A stretch of DNA of 64,000 bases, taken from the NCBI GenBank assembly GCA_963514005.1, contig OY740806.1, positions 23,374,001 to 23,438,000 on the forward strand, given 5' to 3'. The notes below the pieces were generated by a model that was given only the letters and a program-made list of their open reading frames with translations, searched no databases and was not told the DNA's origin. Made by a program: the position numbers and the translations under genes. The stretch is from Raja brachyura (Eukaryota). This document shows positions 13,101-24,524 of this stretch, one piece after another. How positions within the stretch are numbered: position 1 is the first letter of the stretch; each line of letters begins with the position of its first letter.

Positions 13101-16100
13101 TTATTTCAATTTCTTTTCCACCAGTACGGTCATAATACATTCCCAGGATTCAGACACGTTCAGACAATAGCAGCTGTTCCATTTATATAGCACATATAGG
13201 ATCGAAATCTGCACCTTAATACAACCCAATGATGCCGCTCAACTGCTGCTGTTTTGGTTCTTGAACAGGAATTAGTTTCATTGCAAGTTAGAAGGATGGG
13301 AATTTGAAAATACAACTGGTTGGAGCCGAAGATGCACTTGTTTCAGTCTGCCCAATTTTACGTGGTCTTTAAGCTTCAAGAAAATACTGTACCAGTCTTT
13401 ATAAATAGTTCTACAGTTGTCATTCTGGAACGCCACCGTTAAACTTTATTTTCCCCTTAAACCTCCCACGTTAAGGCTCCATAATAATTACATGAATACA
13501 CAAAGAAGTCGGACAAATTATTCAACCTCCGTGAATGGGTCTATTGGGACTGGTGTCTCAACGACTGGAGTAGGACAAGTCTGTTTGCTAAGTGTAAGGG
13601 TTAATCATTTACGTCTGTCTCCTTTTAGCAGAATTGATCGAAGACCCATGTGCTGGAGGCATTTGCACCAACTACAGTTTATGCCGACAGGGTAATGGTG
13701 ACCTGTGTGGCTGCCCTGAGGAACCCAGCCCCAACAGTGGTAAATACATTGAAATAATGGATACTTTAAACCCTGAGCAGGCGGATATCCTCACCCCTAA
13801 CATGCAAGAACGGTGTAGGCATGTATTATCCAAGGAAATTCATGTGGAAGCTGTTCCTCTGGGTTTCCTTGTCAGTTTCCTGGGGCCACATTGTAAACAA
13901 CCCTTGTCAGACTCAAGAAGGGAACTCGAGCCGAAACATCACCTTCCATGTTCTCTGAAGATGTTGCCTGGCCCGCTGAGTTATCCCAGCCATTTGTGTC
14001 CTCTTGTCAAGTCATCACTGCATGAAAGTGAGTGGTATAATGTGGATGTTTCCACCTCACTGGGATGAGTCCCCATTGCTCCGGGCACCACACTGGTGCA
14101 GTGAAGTCGGCAATTTCCTATAATGTATTGGTACTGCAGTGGAGTAAAGGGGCTGTCCCACTGTACGAGCTAACTCAAGAGTTCTCCCGAGTTTCCCCTC
14201 GTTCGAACTCGTAAAATTACGCTAATAGCCGCTCGTAGGTACTCGGGTCTCTTGTGGACATTTTTCAACATGTCGAAAAATCTTCACGAGTCTTCACGAG
14301 CTTACCGCGTTTCCCGAGTTCCTGCCATTAGCGTTACGAGCCGCTAAGAGGCGTCCCCGAGCTCCGCTACGTACATTCTACGCGCTTACCACGAGTTTGA
14401 TTTTTTTTTTTTTTAAACTCGGAAGAACTCTCGAATTACCTCGTACAGTGGAACAGGCCCTTAAGTTGTGGTCAAATTGTCAAGAGTTTCCTGGGACAGA
14501 TGGCCCCCCTCTGGTGCAGTTCACACCACGTTCTCAGTGAAGATGCTAGCGAATGCTGGGTTAGCTTCTATTAATGTCACCTGCTCGCAGATTTGAAATG
14601 GAAGAATCACAAAAAAACCTTTGTAAATTGCGGCAAATCTGACTCCTCGGGAAAAGGTATCGCCCAATGACTTCAAACATCTGAACTTGACCTTTTGGAA
14701 TATTTAACCACGCTTTGAGCTGCTGGGTTAAAACTGATTATTAAATATTAACTTGAAAATCAAAGAACTTCAGATGCTGGAAATCTTTAATAAATAAAAT
14801 CTGAAAAGGCTAGAAATACTCAGCTGATTGGACAGAGAGAATCCAGTTCAATATGTCTTATGGTTTTCATCCTGAAACCTTAACTCTGCTTCTTTTACCA
14901 CAGATGCTGCCTCACCTGCTGAGTGTTTTTATCGTTTCCTCCTTTTTATTTCAGCTGAAAATCGGATTCTGAGTGTTCTGCTGCAGCAAACACTTCACCA
15001 TTAAGAAAGATTAGGGTTTTGGCTGCTCCACATTGTCAAGGGTGATTATTCAAAATAAACAATTAAAAGGCCTTATTTTAAAAAGAATATCTGAAAAAAC
15101 ATATAACAGCCATTGAATTATTCTTAACTGACTGTGTTATTGTGTACAATGAGTCGCCAGTATGCACAGCAAGGACCACGAATCAAACACAACAAAATGT
15201 TTCAAAGGCTCATTTGGTCAGATTGCATACATTGGAGGCAGAATTATTCGCGTTAATCTTTGACCAGGTGGTATGTGTATTTCTGCTATTTGCTGTCTGA
15301 TTTCAGATTTCCAGCATCTGCAGTATGTCGCTTCTGAGAAACAGAAACCTATCCCAGCTGACATATTCTGTGATTCGTTTCTCCATTGTGGGCTTCTATC
15401 CATTCCTGCAAACTCCAGCATTCGTAGCATCGTTAGTATTTGCTGCAGCTTGCTATGTAGCAGCAAGCCCCACCTACCACTCTTTGGATGAATAAATTGC
15501 TCCTGAATTCTCTGTGGGTTAATCTTCTGTACAGTGCTGTGTGTTCCCTGCGGCTTGACACATTAGCTCTCAAGTATGAAGGATGCGTGGGCTGGATCTT
15601 TGTTAGAACCGTGCCCAGCGTAGACTACGGTCTTGCTTCCTAAGCGGTTGCCGCTCTTTAATCTTTGCGGTTCTCTCCACTTTCCGTTGCAGATGACATT
15701 GTCCAGGCAGACGTGGTGTGCAAATACTCTGAGATGGAGGTTTATATTTCCAAGTGCCGACTCTACCAGCTGGGGTTTGAACGCGGGGATGTTCGCATTA
15801 ATGATAATCGTTGCATGGGTTCAGAGGGAGATGATTTCATTGCATTTCACATCAATAACACCAAACGAAACTGCGGAAACATCATGAAGGTGAATACTTA
15901 TTATCTGGTCTACATTGAATTCTGTTCATAGTGTTGCAACTCCCCCTCAGCACTTTCTCTGTTCTTTCACCAAAAGCACCAATTAATCCATGACTTTGTC
16001 CTACTCTTCTCGCCCTATGGAAAACTTTTTTTAAATTCCCAGGGCCTTTGTAAAAAATCTGCTGGGGTTGGGACAGGAGGAGGTTTGTCACATCTTCCTT

Positions 16101-19100
16101 GTGAATGAAAACAAATGAACAAAATATTTCTGTTTGCATCCTTGACTCCCTTCGTTATCACCTCTTCCCCATAATTTGCTCCACCCTTCCTTGCTCATCT
16201 GTTGCCAGCCCCAAAAGGTTCTGGCCTTTTCCTGCCTCCAGTACCCTCCCGTCTGCTGTCAGCCTGAAGGGTTCTGACCCAAAATGTCACCCATCCTTTT
16301 TCTCCAGAGATGCTGCCTGACTAACTGAGTCACTCCAGCACTTAGTGTATATCTTCAGTATAAACCAGCATCTGCAGTTCCTTTCTACACAAATAAAAAA
16401 AACATTAGAGCGTGTCTGAGCTCTTGCAAACCTTGCGTTCAAATTGAGGGGCAGTTGCAAGTAGCTGGGTCTTGCTAGATGTAAATGCTGGAGTGAACGA
16501 TGATAACCAGGAGAGAAGTAGCTTGAACTGGAGAAATAGCTTGTCTTGCAAAATGCTTGGGTAAAGAATTGCCTTGGAGTTGTCGGCGTGTTCATTTAGA
16601 ATATGGCACCACTTAGGTTCAAAAAGATATGGACTAGATGTTGTCTAGATGCGTGTGTATGTTTATCTGGTATAGATTACAGGATAAGAGCAGAGGTTCA
16701 AATTACTTCTGTGGGTTGGAGCAATCTTGTCTGAAAATGACTGTGTTTTAGTCGTTATTCCTTCCGACAGACAAATGAAACCCACATAATGTACACCAAC
16801 ACGGTCTGGATCGAGAGCCTGAACAACACGGGAAGTGTGATCACTCGTGACAGAGTCATTAACGTCGAGTTCTCCTGTGCCTATGAACTTGACCTGAAGG
16901 TTTCTCTAGAAACTGTTGTAAGGCCAATGCTAAGGTAAGTAGTCTTTCTAAGATCTGTTCTCACTCCTGCATTTTGTGGGAGATTGGGTAGCCGGGAAAC
17001 ACAAGGGACATGGGGGCCAATACAATCTGGACATATGGTGGCCGTTAGTTCTATTTAATCAATCTCCATTTTCTCAAAGTCTTCGTTGATTCTTATTCGT
17101 TGTCTTCTTGTAGACAAGTCTAACAAATGTACCAGCCAATTGGTGCATAACAGATCAATTATATTAGTTAAGTTTGTTAAATATTACATACATTTAACAC
17201 CCAAGATTAATCTTGAATTGAGAACCCAAACCTGTTCACAAGTCACAGAAAGGTTATTAAAAAGGCATCAGTTCAAAAGAGTACATTTTTGCTATAGGAA
17301 ACTCACAGTAAATTTGAGTAAGTACCTGATTTCATGTTGGACAATTGTCATTTCAAGAACTGGTTGGCAATTTCAACTTAAACAATAGCAAGAAAACTTG
17401 CAGATGTGGTAATCGTGAGTATTGTAGTCTAATTTACTGTAACTGTCATATTAGAGTTTCTCAGTCAGTCTGCACTCTTCAACTCCCTATGTACAACACC
17501 CTGGTTCATGCACAGTGCTTTGTGAATTAAGCGCTCTATCGTGGCCATGTTTTCAAAGTTCTAGCAGGGGGCTGAACAACACAAATCAGTGTCTTGGAAA
17601 CACTCTGCTGCTCTAATGGTTATGGTGCATGAATGACAATATGAAAAGTCACTTACCTGGGCCTTGCTAGTGCAGCCTAGGGGTAGAAGCAGGTACACAC
17701 TTGGGAAATGTAGGGTAATTTTGTTCCTGTCTGTCTGTCTGTTTATCTTAGTGTTGTCAACCTCACTCTTCCCACCAAAGAGGGTAGTTTCATCACTAAA
17801 ATGGCTCTGTATAAAAACTCGTCCTACAAGTTTCCGTATGGAGAAGGCGAGGTGACGCTCACCACCCGTGACGTCCTGTACATTGGGGTGTTTGTCGAGG
17901 GAGCAGATTCTACCCAGCTCATTCTCATCACCAATCGGTGCTGGGCCACTCCGTCTCGTGATCCAAAGGACCGACTACGCTACATGATCATAGAACAAGG
18001 GTTGGTGCGAATTTTATTTCTCCCCAAATCTTTATGGTGTGGTATTGGGTTGTTACATAGTGCACAAAATCTCCATCGTAAAATTGGCCATGACATTTGT
18101 GTGTGCATCTTCCCAACGTCGGGATCCGTTCACAGGTTCTTGTCAACTTAGTGGAAATGGTGGGTCAAGCAGAATCTTCTCCAATGTTACAGGCATCTTG
18201 CGTTTTACAACTGCCTTTGTCTATTATGCATTTGATTTACGCATTTTTGAAATAACGCATTTGTTCATTTAATGTCAAATTTTAATTTATGCACTAGTAT
18301 TTTTGGAATAACGGGCTCATATTTACACCTGGCAGTGCAGTTATGTATATGTTCAATATACACGTTTATGAGGGAAAATTGAATGGAGATGTGGCGGGCA
18401 AGTTTTTTTACACAGAGTGGTGGGGATTTGGGACGAATTGCCAGGTGCGGTGATGCAGGCAGATGTGATAGTGTCATTTAAGAGGCTTTTAGATAGGCAC
18501 AGGGAACAGAGGGATACGGATCATGTACATACATGATCATATAACAAGGGATGGTGTGTATTTTATTTCACCATAAAAATGGAGATGAGAGGAATCGTGT
18601 TTGGCACAAACATTGTGGACCGAAGGACTTATTCCTGCACTGTTCTAAGTAAAACGGGAGATGCCTGTATCTGATTTAATTGTGGGGATGCTGGAATAAA
18701 AGACAAAGGCAGGAATGAGCTGTTATTGCTCATCCTTTTATTGCTCAGCCATAAAACTGCATTTACTTCCATCATCAGCCGGTTTCCCCCACCAACGAAC
18801 TCTGCTCAATTCTTCTACTCCACTCCTAACACTGTCTACCCTGCCTGCATTTCACTCCCAAATCTGCCTTTTAAAGCCTCCAGCAATTCTTTCGCTCGTC
18901 TTGTCTGATGCTCGCTTTTCCCTGAATCGGCCTCTGCTTTCTGTCAAGGCAGCTTTGAGATTTTCACTGCCATAATGAGCAGGGGTCTTCCCACGGTCTA
19001 CGACATGTTCACCCTTCTCGTCCATCGGACAACGTTGGTTATTTGTTTGGAGATGCTCCTTCACACCCACCAAGGATGTGGACACTGCCTGTAAGAGTAT

Positions 19101-22100
19101 GCCTATCGATTCCACTCACCAGTGCTGAGGGAAGGTGGCTCCAGATTCCACCACATTGCCTTTAAGGGAACAGCCACAGACTCGTGTCCCACCGGCAGTG
19201 TAGATCGTGATTCCCGATCTTCACCCCCTCCACTACAGTGGCTATGTCTAACCTTATTATCCACAGTAGTGATCTCTCTCTTGTTCTTGCCTTGAGCAGG
19301 TGTCCAAACTCCAAGGACAGCACCATAGAGATGGAGGAGAATGGCGTGTCTCTCACCTGCCGCTTCCACATCGTTGTGTTCAAGTTTATTGGGGATTATG
19401 ACAAGATTCATCTACACTGTGATGTGTCGTTGTGTGATGCAAATATCAATAATTGCAGAGTTGTGAGTAACGGCGACATTCAATCATACCAAACTCTGAC
19501 CGTTGGTGACTCCTGGCATTCTTCAAACCCCGGAGAGAAGGAATGGGTAACGCTTTGGTTCGAGACACTTCTTCAGTCTGAAGGGTATCAACTTGAAACG
19601 TCACCCATTCCTTCTCTCCAGAGATGCTGCCTGTCCAGTTGAGTTACTCCAGCATTTTGTGTCTGTCTTTGGTGTAAACCAGCATCTGCAGTTCCTTCCT
19701 ACACATACTTCAAACCCTGTGTATTCCACACTATACCAGTAAGGAAATGCAGAGGAGAAACTGCTCATTTACTGCCACCTACACAAACGCGAGGTTCCTG
19801 TATTTGATTAATTGTAGGGATGCTGGAAATATAGACAAAGGGAGCTGGTGTTGCTCATCCTTTTATTGCTCAACCCTAAAATCCTGCAGCTGCTTGTTGC
19901 AACCCTTGAGTCAGCATTGTGTAACTGAGAATGTACTCTCTCCTCGCACACCCAGCAATGCTTCATAAATTGAGTTCTCTATCCTGGCCATACTTTAAAG
20001 TTTGAAAGAGGGGGCTGAAAAGTTAAGAAACACGGCTCTAGTAACTTTGGTGTGTCAAGTTGTAATGTGTCCGATGTCGTCTGGTACAGAATAACACAAT
20101 AGTTTAGGATATCAGATGTTGAAAAGGAATGACATTTCATAATCCCTTCAACACCATGTCCAAAGTACTCATGAGGTCAAGCGCAGCAAGAATTTACTTT
20201 AGACTTTTAGCAATTTTGTGCTCTGTTTGCAAAGGTTCTGCTGGCATGGGTTCAGACACAGTGACTACATCTTTCACTCCTGGTTCCTGCAGACTTGCCC
20301 CACCAACAGCAGGAGACTTGCAGACAATGGACAACTCGCAAAAGAGCAGATCCTTTCAGTTGGACCTATCAGGAGAAGAGGTGAGTTGCAGGGCTGGGGA
20401 TGTGTATTCTGTGGTTGGGGCCATTTGCAAAGGTTTTGATGTTTTCAGTATGAAATATCCTCAACTTAAAGGATATAGAGTGGAAACGAGCTCTTTCACC
20501 CAATTTGCCTATGCCGACCAACATGCCCCACCTACGCTAGCCACATCTGCCCTTGCTTGGCCCATATCCCTCTAAACCTATCCCGTCCATGCATCTGTCC
20601 AAATGTCTTTTAAACGTTGATAGTACCTGCCTCAACTACCTCCTCCAGCAGCTCCTTCCCATACACCCACCACCCTTTGTGTAAACAAAAGTTACCCCTC
20701 GGGTTCCCATTCAATCTTTCAGCAACAAAGGCGAAAAAGATACAGTTCATCTCTCTGCAACCTGCTAAGAGAGTGAGAAACCAGCAGAGGGAGTTGCTGG
20801 TAGTTTGGTTCAGAACTGCTGACCCACCTTTCATGTGCTCTCCTGTACCTGGTCAACTCTTCAGAGAGAGACTTGTCCAGGGATCTTGTTTGGCAGAGGG
20901 GAAGCTGTGTACAGACCCACAGTGAATGGCAGATGATTTGGTTGTCTTCCAGTGAAGGCTTGAAACTACGTAGGACACTCAGGATATTGCCATCAACCAC
21001 CATGAGAGAAGACGGCCCATGGCACCATTAAACAAATTGTGATACTGAAACTAGGAGACATGTCAGTTTATCAAGATTTTGTTTAAAGAGGATTTTAATA
21101 GAGCCAGAGGGAGGGTGTTGCAGAGCTTGGGCCATGATGTACCGTGAGCAAGGACACTATTAATAGAACAACTATAACTGAGGGTCCAGAATTGAAGATA
21201 TGGTTTACAGATACAGCACAGACATAGGACACCGAGTCCACGCTGCCCATCGATCACCCGTTCACACTAGTTCTATGTTATCCCACTTTCTCATACACTC
21301 CCTACACATTAGGGGCAATTTTAGTAGCCAATTAACACACGTCTTTAGATACTGGAGGAAACCTACGCTGTCACAGGGAGAACATACAAACTCCACACAG
21401 AAAACACCTTTTGTCAGCTGGAACCCGGGTCTCTAGAGCCGTGAGGCAGCAGCTCTGCTGGCTGTGCCACATTAAAGTTAAATGGCTGCAGGACATTACA
21501 AGTGTCAGGAGAGACCAGGCTACGGAAGGAGTTAAACGATAATCAAGTAGATTGGGAGACATTGTGGAACGGCAACGATGAGTGATTGTGTGGGTTCCGA
21601 TACGGACAGTAAAGATTTTGTTGTGCTCAGATTTACAAATTGCAAAGTTATCCAGCAACATAGTGGACTTGATGATCCAGCGAATAATTAAAGCATAATC
21701 AATGATTTACAGTAACTATCCAAACAGCAGGAATGGGGAACCATGTTATAAGAATATAGTGCTTTTGGCCTCTATTGTGTGTTGAATATCAGGTTCTGGG
21801 CATTGCCTCCTGATAATGGGGCTATCTATCCCATGCCTGTGTTGGCTGCATCTGTGTAAAGGGGTTGGTGAGTGTGATACGATAGAGGAAAATGTTTGAT
21901 CTTGACCAGAGTCATACAGCGTGGAAACAGGCTCTTCATCCCAACTTGCCCACTCTGACCAACATGTCCCAACTACAGATCCCACTTGTCCCATCTGCCT
22001 CTAAACCTGTCATATCCATACACCTGTCTAATTGTTTCATAAACATTGCAATAGTCCCTGCCTCAACTACCTCCTCTGGTAGTTTGTTTCATTCACACAC

Positions 22101-23336
22101 CACCCTTTGTGTGAAAAGGTCACCCCCTCAGATTCTTATTAAATCTTTCCCCGTTCACCATAAACCTATATTCTCTGATTCTTGATTTCACTATTCTGGG
22201 CAAGAGGCTGCGCATCTCCACGAACCATTTGGGTAAATGTGAAGGAGGTTGTTGACAGTGTGGCAGAAACGCTGACATCATTGGCTCTACCTCTGTTTCT
22301 GCAGCAGCTGATTGGTGTGAAGTGGACAATGGCGGTTGTGAACAGATTTGTACGAGTCTTGGAGAGCGGGGAGTGTGTAGCTGTATCACTGGGGTCTTGC
22401 ATTGGGATGGAAAGCACTGCCGAGGTAAGCCACAGAGAATTCAACAAGGCCCAGAATGGTTGAAGTAAAGTCAAAGTTCTGGGACCTGCCATCTCCCAGA
22501 ATCTATCCTGTATTCAGGGGTACAGGTGTTGGCTGAGAATGGGGTGAAAGACAATTTCACCAAACGCCTGGCCCCATTGCAAGCAAAACAAACATTAAGC
22601 ATCAGAACCAAGATTTAGTGTCAGCCTGCAACATTGGAGCTTGGAACTGGCACCTCGTTAATGCTAGCCAACGATACGAGTGGGATTCGTAGGAGCAAGG
22701 TTTGTATCTCTGAGGTTTGCATGTGGTATTTATAAATACCTAAATCCAAGCCTGCAACCTCCAAAAATAGCACAAGTGTCGAGGACCATCACCATGCGCT
22801 GGCATGTTTCCAACTCGTGCACTGTCCTGAAAAAAATCTTTTTTCAGACTGGTACAAGTGATGGCTCTGTACTATTTTCTCCCCCAAGGGTGATGAGAGA
22901 TGCCCAATTAAGTGCTGGCCTTGGTAGTTCATGCCCACACCCTAAGTTTTTTAGAAAGTAGAAAATTACTTGATTAAAAACAAACTAAGCCATCGCTATA
23001 GCTAGGCTGCAAGTCCCAGTATAGTGATAGAAATGTGATTGTAACACCATGATATTAAGACCTTAATGTTGACACTGACACAACCCCCTGTGGTACCAAT
23101 GCAATGTTAATACTGCAAGTGTGATCTAGCTGCTGGGGCTGCTCATGAAGCAGAAAGGCCCACCTCGGCATGACAGGAAGTTGCTGGTTTAACTTGACTG
23201 ACTTAACTCTCCTATACTTCTCCCTTTCTCTCTAGCTCTAAGCGCTTCCAGTGAGCCAACTATACTGCCTCAGCTTTTGGTGATCACTCAGATCATTAGT
23301 TGGTTATTGGTAAACACACAAAACCTGAAACTGTAG
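3543..23336 (+). CDS. TECTA: Alpha-tectorin, 3' portion (14 exons: 3543-4141, 5498-6065, 8288-8487, 9407-9787, 10731-11014, 12317-12597, 13629-13739, 15693-15889, 16771-16934, 17752-18000, 19300-19462, 20293-20380, 22305/22308-22424, 23236-23336); 5' exons lie upstream of the window
   Basis: Spliced GT-AG exons join in continuous phase into TIL-VWD-C8 repeats, a ZP module (e.g. [58 protein letters not shown]), [13 protein letters not shown], an EGF-like repeat and a hydrophobic GPI signal; peptides closely resemble mammalian TECTA as recalled. Confidence 0.96.
4884..5373. mobile_element. PIF/Harbinger-like MITE
   Basis: ~27-bp TIR AGGGGCTGTCCCACTTGGGCGACCTAA / TTAGGTCGCCCAATTGGGACAACCCCT, TWA flanks (TAA left, TTA right), CpG-rich non-coding interior. 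Confidence 0.82.
5498..6065 (+). CDS. TECTA: TECTA exon: VWD3 C-terminal half and C8 domain
   Basis: tccacAG / GTAAG; GLCGQFNG motif and C8 Cys pattern; phase continuous. Confidence 0.94.
7661..7688 (+). ncRNA. Minimal hammerhead motif copy with compensatory stem II change
   Basis: CTGAAGA-A-AGATC-TC-GATCC-GAAACGTC within an inverted PLE repeat (7472-7905). Confidence 0.6.
8288..8487 (+). CDS. TECTA: TECTA exon: TIL domain ([12 protein letters not shown]...KYYE)
   Basis: cacacAG / GTACG; 200 nt; TIL Cys pattern. Confidence 0.94.
9407..9787 (+). CDS. TECTA: TECTA exon: linker and VWD4 start ([10 protein letters not shown]...SGNAVQ)
   Basis: tctcAG / GTAAG; [23 protein letters not shown]. 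Confidence 0.94.
10272..10299 (-). ncRNA. Minimal hammerhead motif copy
   Basis: Minus strand CTGAAGA-A-TGGTT-TC-GACCC-GAAACGTT. Confidence 0.55.
10731..11014 (+). CDS. TECTA: TECTA exon: VWD4 C-terminal half
   Basis: catcAG / GTAAA; [24 protein letters not shown]. Confidence 0.94.
11477..11745 (-). mobile_element. V-SINE (HE1-like); further copies at ~21200-21470 (-), 43904-44132 (-), 44868-45030 (+, degenerate)
   Basis: Reverse complement shows head, V-domain and tail as in 33992-34293. Confidence 0.8.
12317..12597 (+). CDS. TECTA: TECTA exon: last C8 domain
   Basis: ccacAG / GTAAG; [16 protein letters not shown]...[11 protein letters not shown]. Confidence 0.93.
12620..13050 (+). repeat. 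Degenerate tandem repeat (cccctggag/gggttcagggctcc units) just after a TECTA donor
   Basis: Recurring ctcccct(g)g..gggt.cagg motifs at ~40-bp spacing. Confidence 0.5.
13629..13739 (+). CDS. TECTA: TECTA exon: Cys-rich linker before ZP ([12 protein letters not shown]...)
   Basis: ttttAG / GTAAA; 111 nt; phase 1-1; the distal CAG acceptor would create a TAA. Confidence 0.9.
14148..14461. mobile_element. PIF/Harbinger-like MITE (second subfamily)
   Basis: ~47-bp imperfect TIR beginning AGGGGCTGTCCCACTGTACGAG, TAA target duplication on both sides. Confidence 0.85.
15693..15889 (+). CDS. TECTA: TECTA exon: ZP-N start ([21 protein letters not shown]...)
   Basis: ttgcAG / GTGAA; ZP-N Cys pattern. 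Confidence 0.93.
16771..16934 (+). CDS. TECTA: TECTA exon: ZP-N end ([16 protein letters not shown]...[11 protein letters not shown]...PML)
   Basis: cgacAG / GTAAG; not in ORF track, translated by hand. Confidence 0.93.
17752..18000 (+). CDS. TECTA: TECTA exon: ZP-C start
   Basis: tcttAG / GTTGG; [13 protein letters not shown]...CWATP. Confidence 0.93.
19300..19462 (+). CDS. TECTA: TECTA exon: ZP-C end
   Basis: gagcAG / GTGAG; [33 protein letters not shown]. Confidence 0.94.
20293..20380 (+). CDS. TECTA: TECTA exon: cleavage region and external hydrophobic patch (TCPTNSRRL...[12 protein letters not shown])
   Basis: ctgcAG / GTGAG; 88 nt. Confidence 0.92.
22305..22424 (+). CDS. TECTA: TECTA exon: EGF-like repeat ([16 protein letters not shown]...CSCITG...DGKHCR); CAGCAG tandem acceptor (22305 or 22308)
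   Basis: Hand translation; GTAAG donor at 22425. Confidence 0.92.
23236..23336 (+). CDS. TECTA: TECTA last coding exon: GPI-anchor signal [33 protein letters not shown]
   Basis: Pyrimidine-rich tctctAG acceptor, correct phase, small residues then hydrophobic stretch, TAG at 23334-23336. Confidence 0.88.
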
Positions 23337-23600
23337 CAGAGATGGAGCAGCCAGACTTGGGAGCAAAATTACAGTGGGATTGACCAGAATTAAACAAACA
23401 ACTGCAATTTCATATTTTTTTGGGATCAATTTTATTTAATTAAATAATGCTTTTGTAGTGAAATACTGTAATATCTGGACTGTATAATGCATTTTTACAG
23501 AGTTGGAACTTACTCTTTATCCTGATATAAACAGCCAGGACTGGTGTACGTTTTAGGATTTCAACTTTTGAACTGTTGTGTTTAGGGTAACAAACATTGA

Positions 23601-23606
23601 AATAAA
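23601..23606 (+). promoter_or_regulatory. Putative TECTA polyadenylation signal AATAAA
   Basis: First canonical AATAAA ~265 nt after the stop, in an AT-rich 3'UTR (ATTAAA also at 23439-23444). Confidence 0.6.
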
Positions 23607-24518
23607 AGATTTATTGCCAATCGAACCGAGGGTCATTCGGATTCAAACCATCTTGAGCTCAAAGCTTAACAACTAATCAAAAATGGAGATCTTTGCTCCA
23701 TAGACAGTTATGCCATTCAACTCCTTACCCCCACAAAGCTGACATTCTTCTTAGGTGATCTGTTCACATACATGATGTGAACATTTTTGACCATTATTTT
23801 TGCTGATGTACCTTCTTAAAGTGATCACAGGATTTGCACCATGTAAAGGTTACTGCAGCTCCAAGGATTTATATTAAAATCATTTTGATCCAAATCAATC
23901 TTTCATATCTACAGCACATTCCAAAGTAATGACTGGATTGAGGAAAAATGACTCCAATTCTGGCACTTGCAGCAACACAATAATTACCAAAGTTTGGCAC
24001 AGTAAAATAGTTGGTGCCCGTGGAACTCATCCTTCAGTTTGCCTCTTGCACCTAATCCCACTGGGTCAGTGCTAGCTGGACTTGTGGGGCAACTGGAACC
24101 AGTTCTCTCCCACGAATCTGTGCCCCGGGTGGATGTGGTGGTCTGACAAACACATTCCACAGGGAGGCGAAGCTAATTTACAAAGTTAGGGAGACAATGT
24201 TTTACACCATAGAATGCAATATCCATACCTTGACTAGCTTAGCCATTGTTCCCTCTCTAGGGAACGCAGACAGGCAACATTTTGGGTTGGGATATTTCTA
24301 CGGACTGGAGGTTCCTAACCAGAAACATCACCCATCTATGTTCGCTATAGATGGTGCCCAATCTGCTAAGTTACTCCAGTACTTTGTGTCCTTTTTATAA
24401 ACCAGCATCAGCAGTTCCTTGTGTCTACATAGCTTTGAGCAAGTAGTCAAACACATATTAGGTCAAAAACAACAAAAGCAAATCTTTCCGCCACAGCTTT
24501 TTAATTATACGGAAACAA

Positions 24519-24524
24519 TTTAAT
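24519..24524 (-). promoter_or_regulatory. Putative ARHGEF12 polyadenylation signal ATTAAA (second copy 24500-24505)
   Basis: On the minus strand ATTAAA is followed by a U/GU-rich tract (tttgcttttgttgttttt) at the end of the AT-rich UTR-like region. Confidence 0.5.

Noticed and set aside
20760-20925. Peptide [13 protein letters not shown]...EGKLC that loosely resembles the TECTA EGF-like exon (possible decayed exon duplicate)
   Set aside because: Cys spacing is incomplete, there is no convincing nucleotide similarity or splice sites, and the real exon is at 22305-22424
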